A DNA stretch of 64,000 nucleotides from Hemiscyllium ocellatum. Lineage: Eukaryota. The notes below the pieces were generated by a model. It was not told where the DNA came from and made no database searches. It saw only the letters and a program-made list of their open reading frames with translations. Position numbers and translations under genes: made by a program. Position 1 is the stretch's first letter, and each line of letters begins with the position of its first letter. This document shows, piece by piece, positions 1-11,799 of the stretch. The DNA is taken from the NCBI RefSeq assembly GCF_020745735.1, contig NC_083445.1, positions 2,356,001-2,420,000 of the forward strand. Reading direction: 5' to 3'.

Positions 1-1160
1 GGTGTTTCTGACAATGACAGTGTTGCACTGTCTGGCACTGATCATATTGTACAGTCTAACAGTGATGGTGTTGGACTGTGTGATGGTGATGGTGTGGGAC
101 TGTCTGACAATGACGGTGTTGGACAGTCTGGCGGTGATGGTGTTGGACTGTCTGGTGGTGACGGTGTTGGACAGTCTGGCGGTGATGGACTGTCCGACAG
201 TGATGCTGTTGGACTGTCTGACAGTGATGGTATTGGATTGTCTGATAGCGACAGTCTAGGACTTTCTGATGGTGACGGTGTTGGACTGTCTGACGGTGTT
301 GGAATGTCTGGCAGTGACAGTGGTGGATTGTTTGATGGTAATGGTGTTGGACTAACAGTATTGAACATTTTGATGGTAGTGGACTGTCTGATGGTGACAG
401 TAATGGACTGTCTGATGGTGATTGTGTTGTACTGTCTAATGGTGATGGTGTTGGACTAACTGACAGCGACGATGTTGGACTGTCTGGCGGTGAAGGTGTT
501 GGAGTGTCTGACAGCGCCGGTGTTGGACTGTCTGGTGGTGACGGTGTTGGACTGTCTAGCAGCATCTCTGTTGGACTGTCTGGATGTGATAATGTCAGAC
601 AGTCTGGCGGTGTCTGTGTTGGACTGCCTGACAGTGATGGTATTTGACTGTCTGACGGTGACAGTGTTCAACTGTCTGACGGTGACAGTGTTGGACTGTC
701 TGATGGTGATGGTGTCGGACTGTCTGACTGTGTTGGATTGTCTGATGGTGATGGTGATGGTGTTGGACTGTCTGATGATGATGGTGTTGGACTGTCTGAT
801 GGTGATGGCCCGTCTGATGGTGTTGGTGTTGGACTGTCTGACGGTGTTGGTGTTGGACTGTCTGACGGTGTTGGACTGTCTGATGGTGATGGTGTTGGAC
901 TGTCTGATGGTGATGGTGTTGGACTGTCTGACGGTATTGGACTGTCTGATGGTGATGGTGTTGGACTATCTGACGGTGATGGCCTGTCTGATGGTGATGG
1001 TGTCCGACTGTCTGATGGTGTTGGCCTGTCTGACGGTGATGGTGTTGGTCTGTCTGATGGTGTCAGTGTTGGACTGTCTGACAATGACAATATTGGTCTG
1101 TTTGGCGGTTATGGTGATGGACTGTCTGATGTGATGGTGATGGTGACAGTGATGGTGTGA
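1..1160. repeat. GT-rich intronic minisatellite (core GGTGTTGGACTGTCTGA(C/T)GGTGAT, about 18-30 bp variable units)
   Basis: Unit recurs dozens of times and ends about 20 bp before the 1181 splice acceptor. The repetitive ORFs here (VLDCL, SPSDSPT, GLSDGD) are translations of it. Confidence 0.95.
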
Positions 1161-1180
1161 TTTTTTTTCTCTGTTTGCAG

Positions 1181-1252
1181 AAAGGTGGTGGAGCTCTGAT
1201 TCACACAGTGAGATCCAAGACCAATCCAGCCATGAAGAATATGTATAAATAT
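1181..1252 (+). CDS. DENND1C: DENND1C-like (connecdenn) internal exon [24 protein letters not shown]
   Basis: ttttctctgtttgcag| acceptor and |gtaagt donor; 72 nt, phase 0/0. Resembles the recalled post-DENN segment [22 protein letters not shown]. Confidence 0.88.
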
Positions 1253-1669
1253 GTAAGTTCAGAGTTAATGGTCGCTCCATTCACTATTGGGGTAGTATGA
1301 TCCTTGAAGCTGTCTAGACTGATTGCCAAGTTGGCTATGGTCTGAACAGGAAGCTCTGAGAACAATAACAACTGGTGAAACTGAAACAATTCAGCTGTAA
1401 TTGAAACATCTGTCACTCTTACCTAAGTGTTACAATATGAAATAACTCATGCAGGGATCTCACTTCCGGTCCATAATCCCTCTGATCCTACTTATGCATC
1501 TTTGGAGCTTATTGTCCAATCAGAGCCACCTATCTTTCACCTTATTTGTATCACATGGATTCACCCTTTGTGTTCTCTAACCCATGTCCAAACCTACAGT
1601 GCTGTGTGGTCTCTGCTCTCCTCCTCTCTGACCCTGCTGCTTATCTCTGATTTACTTTTTATTTCAAAA

Positions 1670-3830
1670 ATAAACTTTATTCATAAAAATATCTTCAAGC
1701 ACCTGCATAGTTATTACAGCAGTTCAGGTCTGTATAGTAGCATTTGGAGAAACAAACATTGGAGTTTGACTCTATGCAGCAAATAAACCAAAAACATTTC
1801 TCACTTGTGCAAGATTAAATTTACATATATTTGAGGCACCAGGAGGAACTGGTAACTGAACAGATTCCCATTTACCTTGGGCAGGAAGCCCTCAGATGGT
1901 GATCTGTCCCCACTGCGCCTTGGCGGCAGCTGCTCTAAGCTTCAATGCTTCTCTCAGCACGTAGAGCTGGACTTTGGGATGTGCCCATCTGCAACACTCG
2001 GTCAGGGTCAGCTCCTTGCTTGGAAAGACCAGTTAGTTCCGGGCAGACCAAAGATTGTCTTTCACTGAGTTAAAGGTCCTCCAGGCACAGTTGATGTTTG
2101 TTCCTGAGGTGTGGACATAGAGAGCATAGAGCACAAACACTTCTGTCAGAGAACTGCTTGAGATGAATTTCAACAAACACCATTGCAACTTTCCAGACTT
2201 CCTTTGCAAAGGCATATTCCAACAGGAGATTTGTGAGCGTCTCTAGCCCCTGCAGCCGCTGCAAGGGCAGTGTGCAATGGCGTGGACAGACAAGGCATGC
2301 ATAATGGGATCTCCCAAGTAGTGCCTTTCTCCCCACCAGCCAAGCGATGTCTTGGTGCTTGTTGGAAAGATCTGGTGATGAGGCATTCTGCCAAATAGCT
2401 TTGACAGTCTGCTGAGGGAACAACCTAAAAGGAACCACCCTCTCCTTTTCTCTCAGGGTCCTGAGGACACTACATGCTGACCACTTCTTGATGGACTAGT
2501 GGTCAAAGGGGTTTTTCTTTGCAAATGTCTCCATGAGGGTGATAGGAAATGGTCAAAATACTTGGAGTGTTCTGTGGCTCCGAGATCTGACCAATCCCTC
2601 GCAACAGCAGGGACAGGTAGAATCTCAGTACGAGGTGACACTTGGTGTTTACGTAGCTAGGATCTATACACACCAGGATGAGGGCTACGTTAGGTATGTT
2701 CTTCCACCCTGCAAATGTGTTGCTGGTCAAAGCACAGCAGGCCAGGCAGCATCTCAGGAATAGAGAATTCGACTTTTCGAGCACAAGCCCTTCATCAGGA
2801 ATAAGAGAGAGAGAGCCAAGCAGGCTAAGATAAAAGGTAGGGAGGAGGGACTAGGGGGAGGGGCGATGGAGGTGGGATAGGTGGAAGGAGGTCAAGGTGA
2901 GGGTGATAGGCCGGAGTGGGGTGGGGGCGGAGAGGTCAGGAAGAGGATTGCAGATTAGGAGGGCGGTGCTGAGTTAGAGGAAACTGACTGAGACAAGGTG
3001 GGGGGAGGGGAGATGAGGAAACTGGAGAAATCTGAATTCATACCTTGTGGTTGGAGGGTTCCCAGGCGGAAGATGAGGCGCTCCTCCTCCAGCCGTCGTG
3101 TAGTTGTGTTCTGCCGGTGGAGGAGTCCAAGGACCTGCATGTCCTCGGAAACGTCGAATTCTCTATTCCTGAGATGCTGCCTGGCCTGCTGTGCTTTGAC
3201 CAGCAACACATTTGCAGCTGTGATCTCCAGCATCTGCAGACCTCATTTTTTACTACATGTTCTTCCACCCTCCCAGCGTTTTGTACATGGTGTTCCTGCA
3301 GGCACGGTCCATCTTAGACCTCCAGATGAAGGGGAAGATGGCTGAGGTGACTGAAACAGACCCATTCTGGGCCACACCTGCCCAGGTACAACACCACAGA
3401 GACAGTACCTTACACCTGATAACCAGGTTTTTACCCGCAGTGGAGAGGAACCAGTGCTCCCAAAAGTCCACTTTCTGCTTCACCTTGGTGACGCACTCCT
3501 TCCAAGAATTTGGGAAAGGCTTGGCCCCGCCAAACCATATTCCCAGCACCTTTAGGTAATCTGTCCTGACAGTGAAGGGGATAAAGAATCAGTTGGCCCA
3601 GTTCTTAAAGAACATGACCTCACAAGTCTGTTCACTGACATTGGATCCTAGTAGAAAACAGCAACACCATCCATGTACAGCGAGGCTTAGGCATACAGGC
3701 CTCCCCTGCCTGAAATAGTCACCCATCTCAGGCTCACATCCTTCCTGATGAACTCAGCAAAAGACTATCTACTTGGAATCAACAGCAATCCAGGAGGACT
3801 CACTTCACACAGAGGATCTGGTTGACTGGT
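1670..3830 (-). mobile_element. Decayed L1/Tx1-like LINE 3' part (interrupted by a PLE insertion)
   Basis: Minus-strand fragments KVKQKVDFWEHWFLSTAGKNLVIR and LLLEYAFAKEVW resemble Tx1/L1 post-RT and C-terminal zinc-finger regions; frameshifted. Boundaries approximate. Confidence 0.7.
2711..3256 (-). mobile_element. Penelope-like element fragment with GIY-YIG C-terminus and inverted terminal repeats; 15-bp TSD
   Basis: MQVLGLLHRQNTTTRRLEEERLIFRLGTLQPQGMNSDF. TSD ATGTTCTTCCACCCT at 2696-2710 and 3257-3271. Degenerate HHR core at 2767-2802 (-). Confidence 0.85.
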
Positions 3831-4409
3831 ATGTTCTTCACAGTTATCCTGACTGTATTGTGAACCCCCCCCGGTCTGAGGTGTGGGCACTGGCGAAGGC
3901 TATCGCTCTGTTTGGCTGATTACTGAATTGGCGGTAAGCTGAAGCCCGCATAAAGATCCACCAATTTCAGCTCAGCTCAATCAACCACCCTCCAAGTTCC
4001 ACTCACAATCACAATCCAGCAACAACTGTAAGATGGGGATGAAGGTTCTCAGCCAGACCTATCCCTGGAGAACCACATTCTGGATCATGGGGTCTCCCCA
4101 CTACAATCTCTGGTTTTACACACACTGCCAACAAGATTCCCACCCTTCACCTCTCCATGTTCTACTTCCCACCTTCATGGTCCTCCTTGAAAACTATCTC
4201 TTTGACTAAGCTTTACTATCTCACCGGCCTAAATATTAAATGTTGTCTGCAAAACTCTTGGGAAGCATAGGACATTTTATAATGTTTAAATGTTGTTGAG
4301 TCTCACTGAGCCTAAACCAAAGAAAGGTAGAGATTTAAGTGAGAGTGGGCAGGGGGTTATGTTTCAAGATGCAGAAAACTCACTTGTTTTGATGATCTTT
4401 CACTTCCAG

Positions 4410-4466
4410 GCTAAAGGTCAAGCTAAATTAGGACTGAAGGATTTGAAAAGTCGACTGAAACACAAG
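4410..4466 (+). CDS. DENND1C: DENND1C-like exon AKGQAKLGLKDLKSRLKHK
   Basis: cacttccag| acceptor, |gtact donor, 57 nt phase 0/0. Resembles DENND1 AKDHAKMGIKEVKNRLK. Confidence 0.85.
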
Positions 4467-4564
4467 GTACTGACTGTTTCTTTCAGCTTTAACTTTCACT
4501 TTGTTCTCCAATGGTCTGAATTATTCAGAGCAATTAGAATTAGATAAGGGAGGGTGTTGAATGC

Positions 4565-4930
4565 ATCAAATAAACCCTAACTTAACCAGATTAAATAAAC
4601 CCTAACATAACCCGATTTAATAACCCCTAATCTAACCCGATCAAATAAACCCTAACCTAACCTGATCAAATATACTCTAACTTAACCCGATTTAATAAAT
4701 CCTAAACAAACTTGATTAAATAAACCCTAACCTAACCCAATCAAATAAACCCAAACCTAATCCAATTTAATAAACCCTAACCAAACTTGATCAAATAAAC
4801 CCTAACCCAATCAAATAAATCCTATACTAACCCGATCAAATAAACCCTAACCCAATCGAGTAAACCCTAACCTGATCCAATCAAATAGACCCTGACGTAA
4901 TCCAACCAAATAAATCTTAACCCTAATCCT
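4565..4930. repeat. About 25-bp minisatellite containing telomere-like CCCTAA (AAATAAACCCTAACCTAACCCGATC)
   Basis: About 15 degenerate units seen directly, starting about 100 bp after the 4466 donor. Confidence 0.85.
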
Positions 4931-5317
4931 ATCCCATTTCCTCTTTCTGAGTGAGGGCTGAATGAATATCAGGATAGGCAGGGATGTGGAGTAATTAGAT
5001 CAGCTGTGATCTGAGTGAATGGGTCTACTCCTGCTCCTCATTCTTATGTTCATATGGGACACATTGAGAAACCTTGGGAAGATGATGCATCTAGCTCAAA
5101 GTTTGTCAACTCTCACGGGATATTTTCCAGGAAGAATCATCACATGAACTTCTATCCTCAGTGGCCCATTGCAGCTTCTGATTGGGCAAGCCATTGCATG
5201 GGAAGATCCAGCCCTACCTTTAGCTGCTCCAGGGACATCCATTGTCAAGGGACAGTCTGTTTGGTGGGTCAAAGGAAGAGTGACCCCTGTTCATGGGCCA
5301 TATCATTAACCTCTTTA

Positions 5318-5915
5318 TACAGTGTATTGAGTATAGAGAGTTGGGAGGTCATGTTACAGCTGTTCAGGTTAGGCCTTTTTTGGAATAATGCACGCATTTC
5401 TGGTCTCCCTACAAGAGGAAGGATGTTGTGAAACTTGGAAGGTTGCAGAAAAGATTTACAAGAATGTTGCCAGGGTTGGAGGATTTGAGCTACAGGGAGA
5501 GGCTGAATAGGTTGGGGCTGTTTACCCTGGAACGTCGGAGGCTGAGGGGCAAACTTTATAGAGGTTTATAAAATCATGAGGGGCATGGAAAGGGTAAATA
5601 GACAAAGTCTCTTCCCTGGGATAGGAGTGTCTAAAACTAAACAGCCTAGGTTTAGGGTGAGGGAGGAAAGATATAAAGGAGACGTAAGTGGCAACTTTTT
5701 CACACAGAGGGTGGTGTGTGCATGGAATGAGCTGCCAGAGGAAGTGGTGGAGACATTTAAAAGGCATCTGGATTGGTGTATGAGTAGGAAGGGTTTAGAG
5801 GGATATGGGTCAACTGCTGGCAAGTGGGACTAGATTAATTGAGGCTATCTGGTCGGCATGGATAAGTTGGACCGAAGGGTCTGTTTCCATGCTGTACATT
5901 TCTATGACTCTATGA
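5318..5915 (+). mobile_element. CR1/HER1-type LINE 3' fragment
   Basis: RT C-terminal residues (RFTRMLPG, FFTQRVVCAWNELPEEVV) and 3' tail ending in ctatgactctatga. Confidence 0.88.
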
Positions 5916-7301
5916 TCTGCAGTCTCTTTCTTAGCTAATATGCAGCAATAAAGGTTGTCCTCTATCTACCAAGTACAGCCCAGACTAGTCTGTTTGCTGT
6001 GTTACCACACACTGTATATAACATTCTTCACTCTTTACAGAATCTCATTGAAACTCATTTACAAAACATGCCTCAGTCTGTAGGTTGTATGTTACAAAAC
6101 TGACCTATCCCATAATGTATGTCAACACAACACAGAAGGCATGTGCAGGAGGAAATTGCTTTATTAAGTCAGGAGTAAAATAAGAAGGATAGCAAAGCTC
6201 TGATTTCCAATAAATCCGACCTTTTGCATCAGTTTTTTAACATGGTGAGAGTAAGTGAGCTGCATCATGATTTTTTGAAATCAACGTGAAGTCCTGGTAC
6301 TCTTCATTCACAATTACAGCTTACACAGGGGGGCTCACTCACAGGTTTCCCCATCTAGGTGGGAGTGGGAAGTGGCGTGGAGCTGGGGAAGGGCTTTTAA
6401 AAAGCTCTAGTTTTCTTCAGTCCAGTTTTATAGATTGTGGGACAGCACTGTGAATTTGATGCTGTGAGCTTAAAGATGTTGGCAGCCAAGAAAAAGATGG
6501 GGGAGGCTACAGTGACAGGTGTTTCGTTGTAATGCTGAGCATTATAATATAGGAGTTCACACAGTGCAGGAGAGTTTGCATCAATTATAGAATTATTTTA
6601 TCGGTGTGATAAAAGGGACAGGGACCCTGGGGAGAAAGTGTAGACAGAGGGTGATACTGTGTGAAAGCTAAAGAAGCAAGTGAAATATGTACATTTGAGC
6701 CAATAGGAGAAAGTATACAAGTTTCTGAGCCTTCCAAGAAAAACCGAGAGGATCACAGCAAAACAGGATGTCTATTCACCACACAAATAAATAACTCTGG
6801 AATTTACTTTCCACCTGCCCAGAGTCAATTCAAGAATGTAATCACTTTGAGAAAGAGTTCCTGGACTACACTGAAATATTGTATTAAATCGATTTCCCAA
6901 AACTGACATGTTATTTGGAATTAGATTTCAGATGGACCTCTTCCCTATCCTTATTGATTGTTCTTAAACCCTTTCTAAGTTGCTGCAGTTAAGGACTAAA
7001 ATATTTAAGGTTGTTAAGCTTTTGATATCCAGGAGTAGGGATCGCACCTTAATTATTAAGCTATGCGCTTTAGTGAGTTTTGTAATATTTCATGTGTACA
7101 GCCTTGATACTCGTTGAAGCAAATTCCTGCAGATGCTGGAATCGGTACTGAACTCAAACAATACTGCACATCACTGTGATTTCCAGCATTTTTTGTTTTC
7201 AGTACTCTATAGTGCTATTGGTTTTATTTTAATTGCTTCCTCAGTCACATCCCCTCCAACCTATCCCCCATCCAATCCGACCTATCCACTCCCCTCGCCA
7301 A

Positions 7302-7392
7302 CTCTCTCTCTCTTTCTCTCTGTTTCGCTCTCTCTCTCTCTCTCTCTCTCTCTGTTTCGCTCTCTCTCTCTCTCTCTCTGCTTCATTCTCTC
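7302..7392. repeat. (CT)n microsatellite
   Basis: Direct. Confidence 0.95.
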
Positions 7393-7713
7393 TCCTCCCC
7401 AACCCAGTAATTGGTGTTTCTTTCACTTTCTCCTGCCATTCCGGATCCTGATTCATTTTGTCCATAATCCCCTGCCTTCTCCACCTTCCCTTCACCTCCC
7501 CTCCCCACCATCCATCCCCTCACATAAACAAATAAACCTGTTGGACTATAACCTGGGTGTCATGTGACTTCTGAGCTTGTCCACCCCAGTCCAATATGGA
7601 AGATGAGTGTGAGTGTGACTGCAATGCAGTATGTAGGCACAGTGAAGCCTGCTCCAGCCTGGCCTTTCTCGTTGGAGATTGCAGTCGAGTGATGCATGGT
7701 GTTTCACTTCCAG

Positions 7714-7848
7714 GAGTTGAGTGTGGAGCGAGGGGTTCAGCGCGGGGGCTCCCTGAGGTGCGAGTCCATAGGAGGCTCCTCCCATCAAAGGCGTATGCAG
7801 TCGGAGAGTTTACAGAATCGCCTGCCCATCACCCAGCACTTTGGCCAG
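7714..7848 (+). CDS. DENND1C: DENND1C-like exon ELSVERGVQRGGSLR...RLPITQHFGQ
   Basis: cacttccag| and |gtaagg; 135 nt. QRGGSLR and RLPITQHFG match recalled DENND1C motifs. Confidence 0.9.
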
Positions 7849-8144
7849 GTAAGGAGCAGCCTTAATCCAAACAGGCATGGGGTATCTGCCCCCTTGCTGC
7901 TCATCTCTAGCCTGGCACATGGGCTGTCCCCCTGCTACCCTGCTACCCTACCCCTGCCATGCCCTGCCCACTATGGACAGAACGTTATTTAACCCGAGAC
8001 TGTCTTTAACTGAGTGTAATCCTGACCGACGCCAAGTAGAGCACGGCAGGGGTGGTAATTAACAGAGGATAACCCTGGCTGTTTTCTCTTTCCCCCACTG
8101 TCCCAGCTTCCCTGAAGCCCTACACCAGGTTACCTTTAGAGAGA

Positions 8145-8316
8145 TTAGGAGAAAGTGAGGACTGCCCATGCTGGAAATCAGAGCCAAAAAATATGGTGCT
8201 GGAAAAGTACAGCAGGTCAGGCAGCATCTGAGGAACAGGAGAGTTGACATTTTAGGTATTCTCAATTCTCTTGCTCCACTGCCTGTTATGCTTTTCCAGC
8301 ACCACACTTTTCAGTG
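8145..8316. mobile_element. Degenerate inverted PLE terminal-repeat dimer (family A); 13-bp TSD
   Basis: Arms related to the 10177 and 45202 elements. ACCTTTAGAGAGA at 8132-8144 and 8317-8329. Confidence 0.7.
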
Positions 8317-8599
8317 ACCTTTAGAGAGAGCCAGGTTCTGGGGGCCATGGCTATATCAACATGGAGGAGCGGTAAGGGGAACATCAGCTCGAAGCAAGGA
8401 CCTTCACGGTCAAACAGGGGTCTACATTACACAAACAGCTGTCCCACCATCACTGCTCTCAGTCATGTCAAACAAAATGCCCACTTTCTCAACCTCAGAA
8501 CAAAATGCCCCTTTGTTATTTTATGGAGGGTTTATAGGAGAGTGACAGCTGAGCTGGGGAAGATGGGGGTTGAGAGTGTGAAGTTGGTTCTGGGTGGGG

Positions 8600-8668
8600 A
8601 TATCTGGTCATCGTGAATAAGTTGGACCGAAGGGTCTGTTTCCATGCTGTACATCTCGATGACTCTAT
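8600..8668 (+). mobile_element. Short CR1 3' tail just upstream of a DENND1C acceptor
   Basis: gatatctggtca...ggaccgaagggtctgtttccatgctgtacatctcgatgactctatg matches the tails at 5845-5915 and 17513-17580. Confidence 0.85.
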
Positions 8669-8688
8669 GTTCATTGTTTTCCCTCCAG

Positions 8689-8756
8689 TCTCGTCCTCGG
8701 CGACCAGCTGCTCGCTCCACCAACGCAGATGCTGTGCTGCCCCCTGGGACAGACAG
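8689..8756 (+). CDS. DENND1C: DENND1C-like exon SRPRRPAARSTNADAVLPPGTD(R)
   Basis: ttttccctccag| and |gtaac; 68 nt phase 0/2. RPxRP follows HFG in DENND1 proteins, and the phase fits the next exon. Confidence 0.8.
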
Positions 8757-8899
8757 GTAACAATTTCAATGGCAGATACAACCCCCATCCTGACTCCCTA
8801 CCACTGGGACCCTGACTATACCCACCCTCTCTACCTGTTCCTGACACACTCCCCTTTAACGGCACTTCCCCATCCCATAATCATATGTAGGAGTGACAT

Positions 8900-9190
8900 C
8901 AGCCCCTCCCCCTCCCTGTGTGGGGTATTAACCCCCTGTCTATCCTTGTGAGGAGTATTAACCCCCTCCCTATTAACCCCTTCCGTATCCCTGTGAGGGA
9001 TATTAACACCCTCCTTATCCCTGTATGGGTTATTAACCCCTTCTCCCTCCCTGTATGGGGTATTAACCCCCTCCACCCCTCCAGTGAAGGGTATTAACCT
9101 CCCCCCATATCCCTGTTAGGGGTATTAACCCTCTTCCCCTCCCTGTGTGGAGTATTTACCCCCCTCCCCTTTCCTGTGTGGGGTATTAGT
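8900..9190. repeat. About 30-bp minisatellite GGGGTATTAACCCCCTCC..TCCCTGTG
   Basis: About 9 units with a near-palindromic GGGTATTAACCC core. Confidence 0.85.
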
Positions 9191-9481
9191 GACCCCACCA
9201 CCCCCAGCACCTCTCTCGTTTCCTCTCACAGCTCCCCCTTTGTGTGTCCGCTCAACATTAGGAATGTTAACACCTCCCAGGCCACGTCCTGTCACCCTGA
9301 GCTCCAACCGACTGAGCTCTCATGGAAAGACCACTCTATCTCTGTTTGTTTTGACATTTTCTTTGTAAAATGCCCGGTGAGGTTTTTATGTCCCCGTACA
9401 GGATCTGTAACCTGAGCCCATTCCAGTGGTGGTCCACCTGATTTCTGTTTTGCCTGTAATTTATTAGCCTGTCTTGTGCAG

Positions 9482-9692
9482 ATCCAACAGTAGAGAGCTG
9501 GGGCTGGAGAGCTCACTGTACACCATTGAAGATGAGCTTCTGGATTGTAACCTTATGCAGGATGAGGATATGGATCTACTCGGTGAGATCTTTGACACGC
9601 TCAGCACACGGACAGTACACGACAAGGGTCTTCTGTATGGTACTCGCAGCCTTGATTTCCACAACTTGGATTCAATGGAGGATATCCGTAGG
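9482..9692 (+). CDS. DENND1C: DENND1C-like exon ...DEDMDLLGEIFDTLST...RSLDFHNLDSMEDIRR
   Basis: tcttgtgcag| phase 2, |gtgaga phase 0; 211 nt. Contains the DLLxEIxDxLS and SLD motifs of DENND1. Confidence 0.88.
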
Positions 9693-10176
9693 GTGAGAAA
9701 TCCTGCAACATCGATTATTCTGTGTCTGCTCATTTCTGTCCAGTCAGTCCCTTATCTCGCAAAGCAGCTTCAAAGTCTCCAGTCCACAGAACCCATGTCT
9801 ATTTCTGACATCATGTTGCCTCTCTGGGACATCATGCCAGAAAGTCAGATCCCGAATCCGCAGTGCAGTGCTGAGGGAGTGCTGCATTCTCAAAGCTTTT
9901 AGCTGAATTCCCCATTTGCCCTCTGAGATGCATGATAAAGATCCCAGAGTCAATGCTAACCAATGTTTATTCCTGCACCATCACCCAGATTAACAAGCCA
10001 TCTTAAAAATACATTCACGCCCTGGAAGTGAACAAGACTGACAGATGGAGCCTACATCCAGTCACCCTGAGGTAGTCATCTGTGCAAAACAATTAAAAAT
10101 AAATAAAAATAAAACTACAATTCTGTAGTGACAGCTGTAGAAAGTAGTTAAGAAGCAAGTGTCCAAATACTGGAGC

Positions 10177-10400
10177 TGAAAAATGTGTTGCTGGAAAAGC
10201 GCAGCAGGTCAGGCAGCATCCAAGGAGCAGGAGAATTGATGTTTCGGGCATGAGCCCTTCTTCAGGAATCGCGTTTCCTGAAGATGGGCTCATGCCCGAA
10301 ATGTCAATTCTCCTGCTCCTTGGATGCTGCCTGACCTGCTGCGCTTTTCCAGCAACACACTTTTCAGCTCTGATCTCCAACATCTGCAGTCCTCACTTTC
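10177..10400. mobile_element. Palindromic PLE terminal-repeat dimer (family A) with two head-to-head degenerate HHR cores
   Basis: About 95-bp inverted arms centred near 10271. Imperfect TSD TCCAAATACTGGAGC / TCCAAATGCTAGAGC at 10162-10176 and 10401-10415. Confidence 0.85.
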
Positions 10401-10677
10401 TCCAAATGCTAGAGCCAGTAAGGACAGCGTCAGTGTGCTAAATCTCAGCGATGTGTGAGATCTGTTTGAACGTACCTCTCTCTGGCTCATATTTAACTTT
10501 ATTTGTGACAATATGGAGAAGACATTGTCTGGGACCAGGAAAAGCCTGACACTGCAGCCTGGGCTCACAGTATCTTATTGTCACACAACATGCATACCTT
10601 ATCCAGAAGTCTGCACTAAACAGTTGTTTCAATGTATTCTCGATAAAACTGCTCATTTGTCTTTCTCATGTTTGCAG

Positions 10678-11799
10678 CTTAAAGACATCAATCCCAGTGA
10701 GGAAAATCTCAGCTGCAAGAGTCGGAGGGAGTCTGAACCAGTTCAGCCTGGCAGTTGGGGTTTGGACGGTTCTGCAGAGTGTGTGAAGTCCCTATCAGCT
10801 TCTCTGGATGAATCATCAGGCCTGTCGTCAGTGTCCAATAGCCAGCCAGACCTCAGGGATTCTGGCAGTCTCTCCAGCAGCAGTCATGAAGAAAACATAA
10901 CAGCTCCCAAAGCAGAGACATTGAAATGCAATTCTCTGATCAACAACAACACAACAGACCCCGGACCAACAGAGGAGCCTTCATCCAACTCCCTGTCTGC
11001 CAAAGCCAATGATAAATGTACAGGGATTCACTGGGATAAAGGATCTTCACTAGCCCAGTTCAACGAAACATTGGCTGAAAATGGAGATTCTCAGCTGGAG
11101 GTGAGCAAGATTAGAGGTGAAGTGCAAACTGAGACTGTAGGGCTCGGTGAACTGAAACTATCTGAAGGTGAATTGAAGCAGCAGCATGGACAAGAAGCAG
11201 CGGAGGATCACGTCGAGAATGCAGTCGTGTGCACAGAAATTATACCTGACCAGACCAAGAACACTGAAAAATGTCCACCACCAACTGCTCCTAAAGTATC
11301 AACCATGGGGCGGAGAGGAAGGCTGACTGCCCAGGCCAACAAAGGATTAGGTGGCAGTGATACAAAGGGGGAGAGGTCCGATGGCCAGGAAATGGAATCC
11401 AAAGAGCCAGTTTCACACACCGAGTTCCCTCTGTCTGCTCCTGCAGGCATGCCCACTGGTGGGGAGGAATCAACTCCCCCCATACAGTCGGCCCTCTCTT
11501 ATTTCAAGGCTCGCTCAGGGGAACAAAAGGCTGATTCCGTGAGAGGGAAGGTGCAGCAGTCACCAGCCTCAGCCGGGGGGAGCCTGGGCAGAAGTGGCAA
11601 AGCCGAGTGTAAAGAGGACCTTAATGCAGGAAAGGCCGTCCCTGAGCTCACCACCTCAAATAATGGGAGGCCGGGCAAAAGTCCACCATCTCCAGAGAGC
11701 GAGAATCAGAGACCTGAACCAGCAACACCTAGTGATAAAGATTCTGACATTACAGCTCCCAAAACAGTTTCAGAGCTAAAGAAGAGATTTGAATCCTAG
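10678..11799 (+). CDS. DENND1C: DENND1C-like terminal coding exon (LKDINPSEENL...VSELKKRFES*)
   Basis: tttgcag| acceptor in frame with the 428-aa ORF; low-complexity S/E/P-rich tail. C-terminus resembles human DENND1C VADLKKCFEG. Convergent with CRB3, as in human. Confidence 0.88.
   Translation, partial: LKDINPSEENLSCKSRRESEPVQPGSWGLDGSAECVKSLSASLDESSGLSSVSNSQPDLRDSGSLSSSSHEENITAPKAETLKCNSLINNNTTDPGPTEEPSSNSLSAKANDKCTGIHWDKGSSLAQFNETLAENGDSQLEVSKIRGEVQTETVGLGELKLSEGELKQQHGQEAAEDHVENAVVCTEIIPDQTKNTEKCPPPTAPKVSTMGRRGRLTAQANKGLGGSDTKGERSDGQEMESKEPVSHTEFPLSAPAGMPTGGEESTPPIQSALSYFKARSGEQKADSVRGKVQQSPASAGGSLGRSGKAECKEDLNAGKAVPELTTSNNGRPGKSPPSPESENQRPEPATPSDKDSDITAPKTVSELKKRFES

Noticed and set aside
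2-1160. Repetitive ORFs (VLDCL, SPSDSPT, GLSDGDG)
   Set aside because: Translations of an intronic minisatellite, open in several frames on both strands.
10513-10677. N-terminal 55 aa of the 428-aa ORF
   Set aside because: Intronic read-through; the exon begins at the 10678 acceptor.
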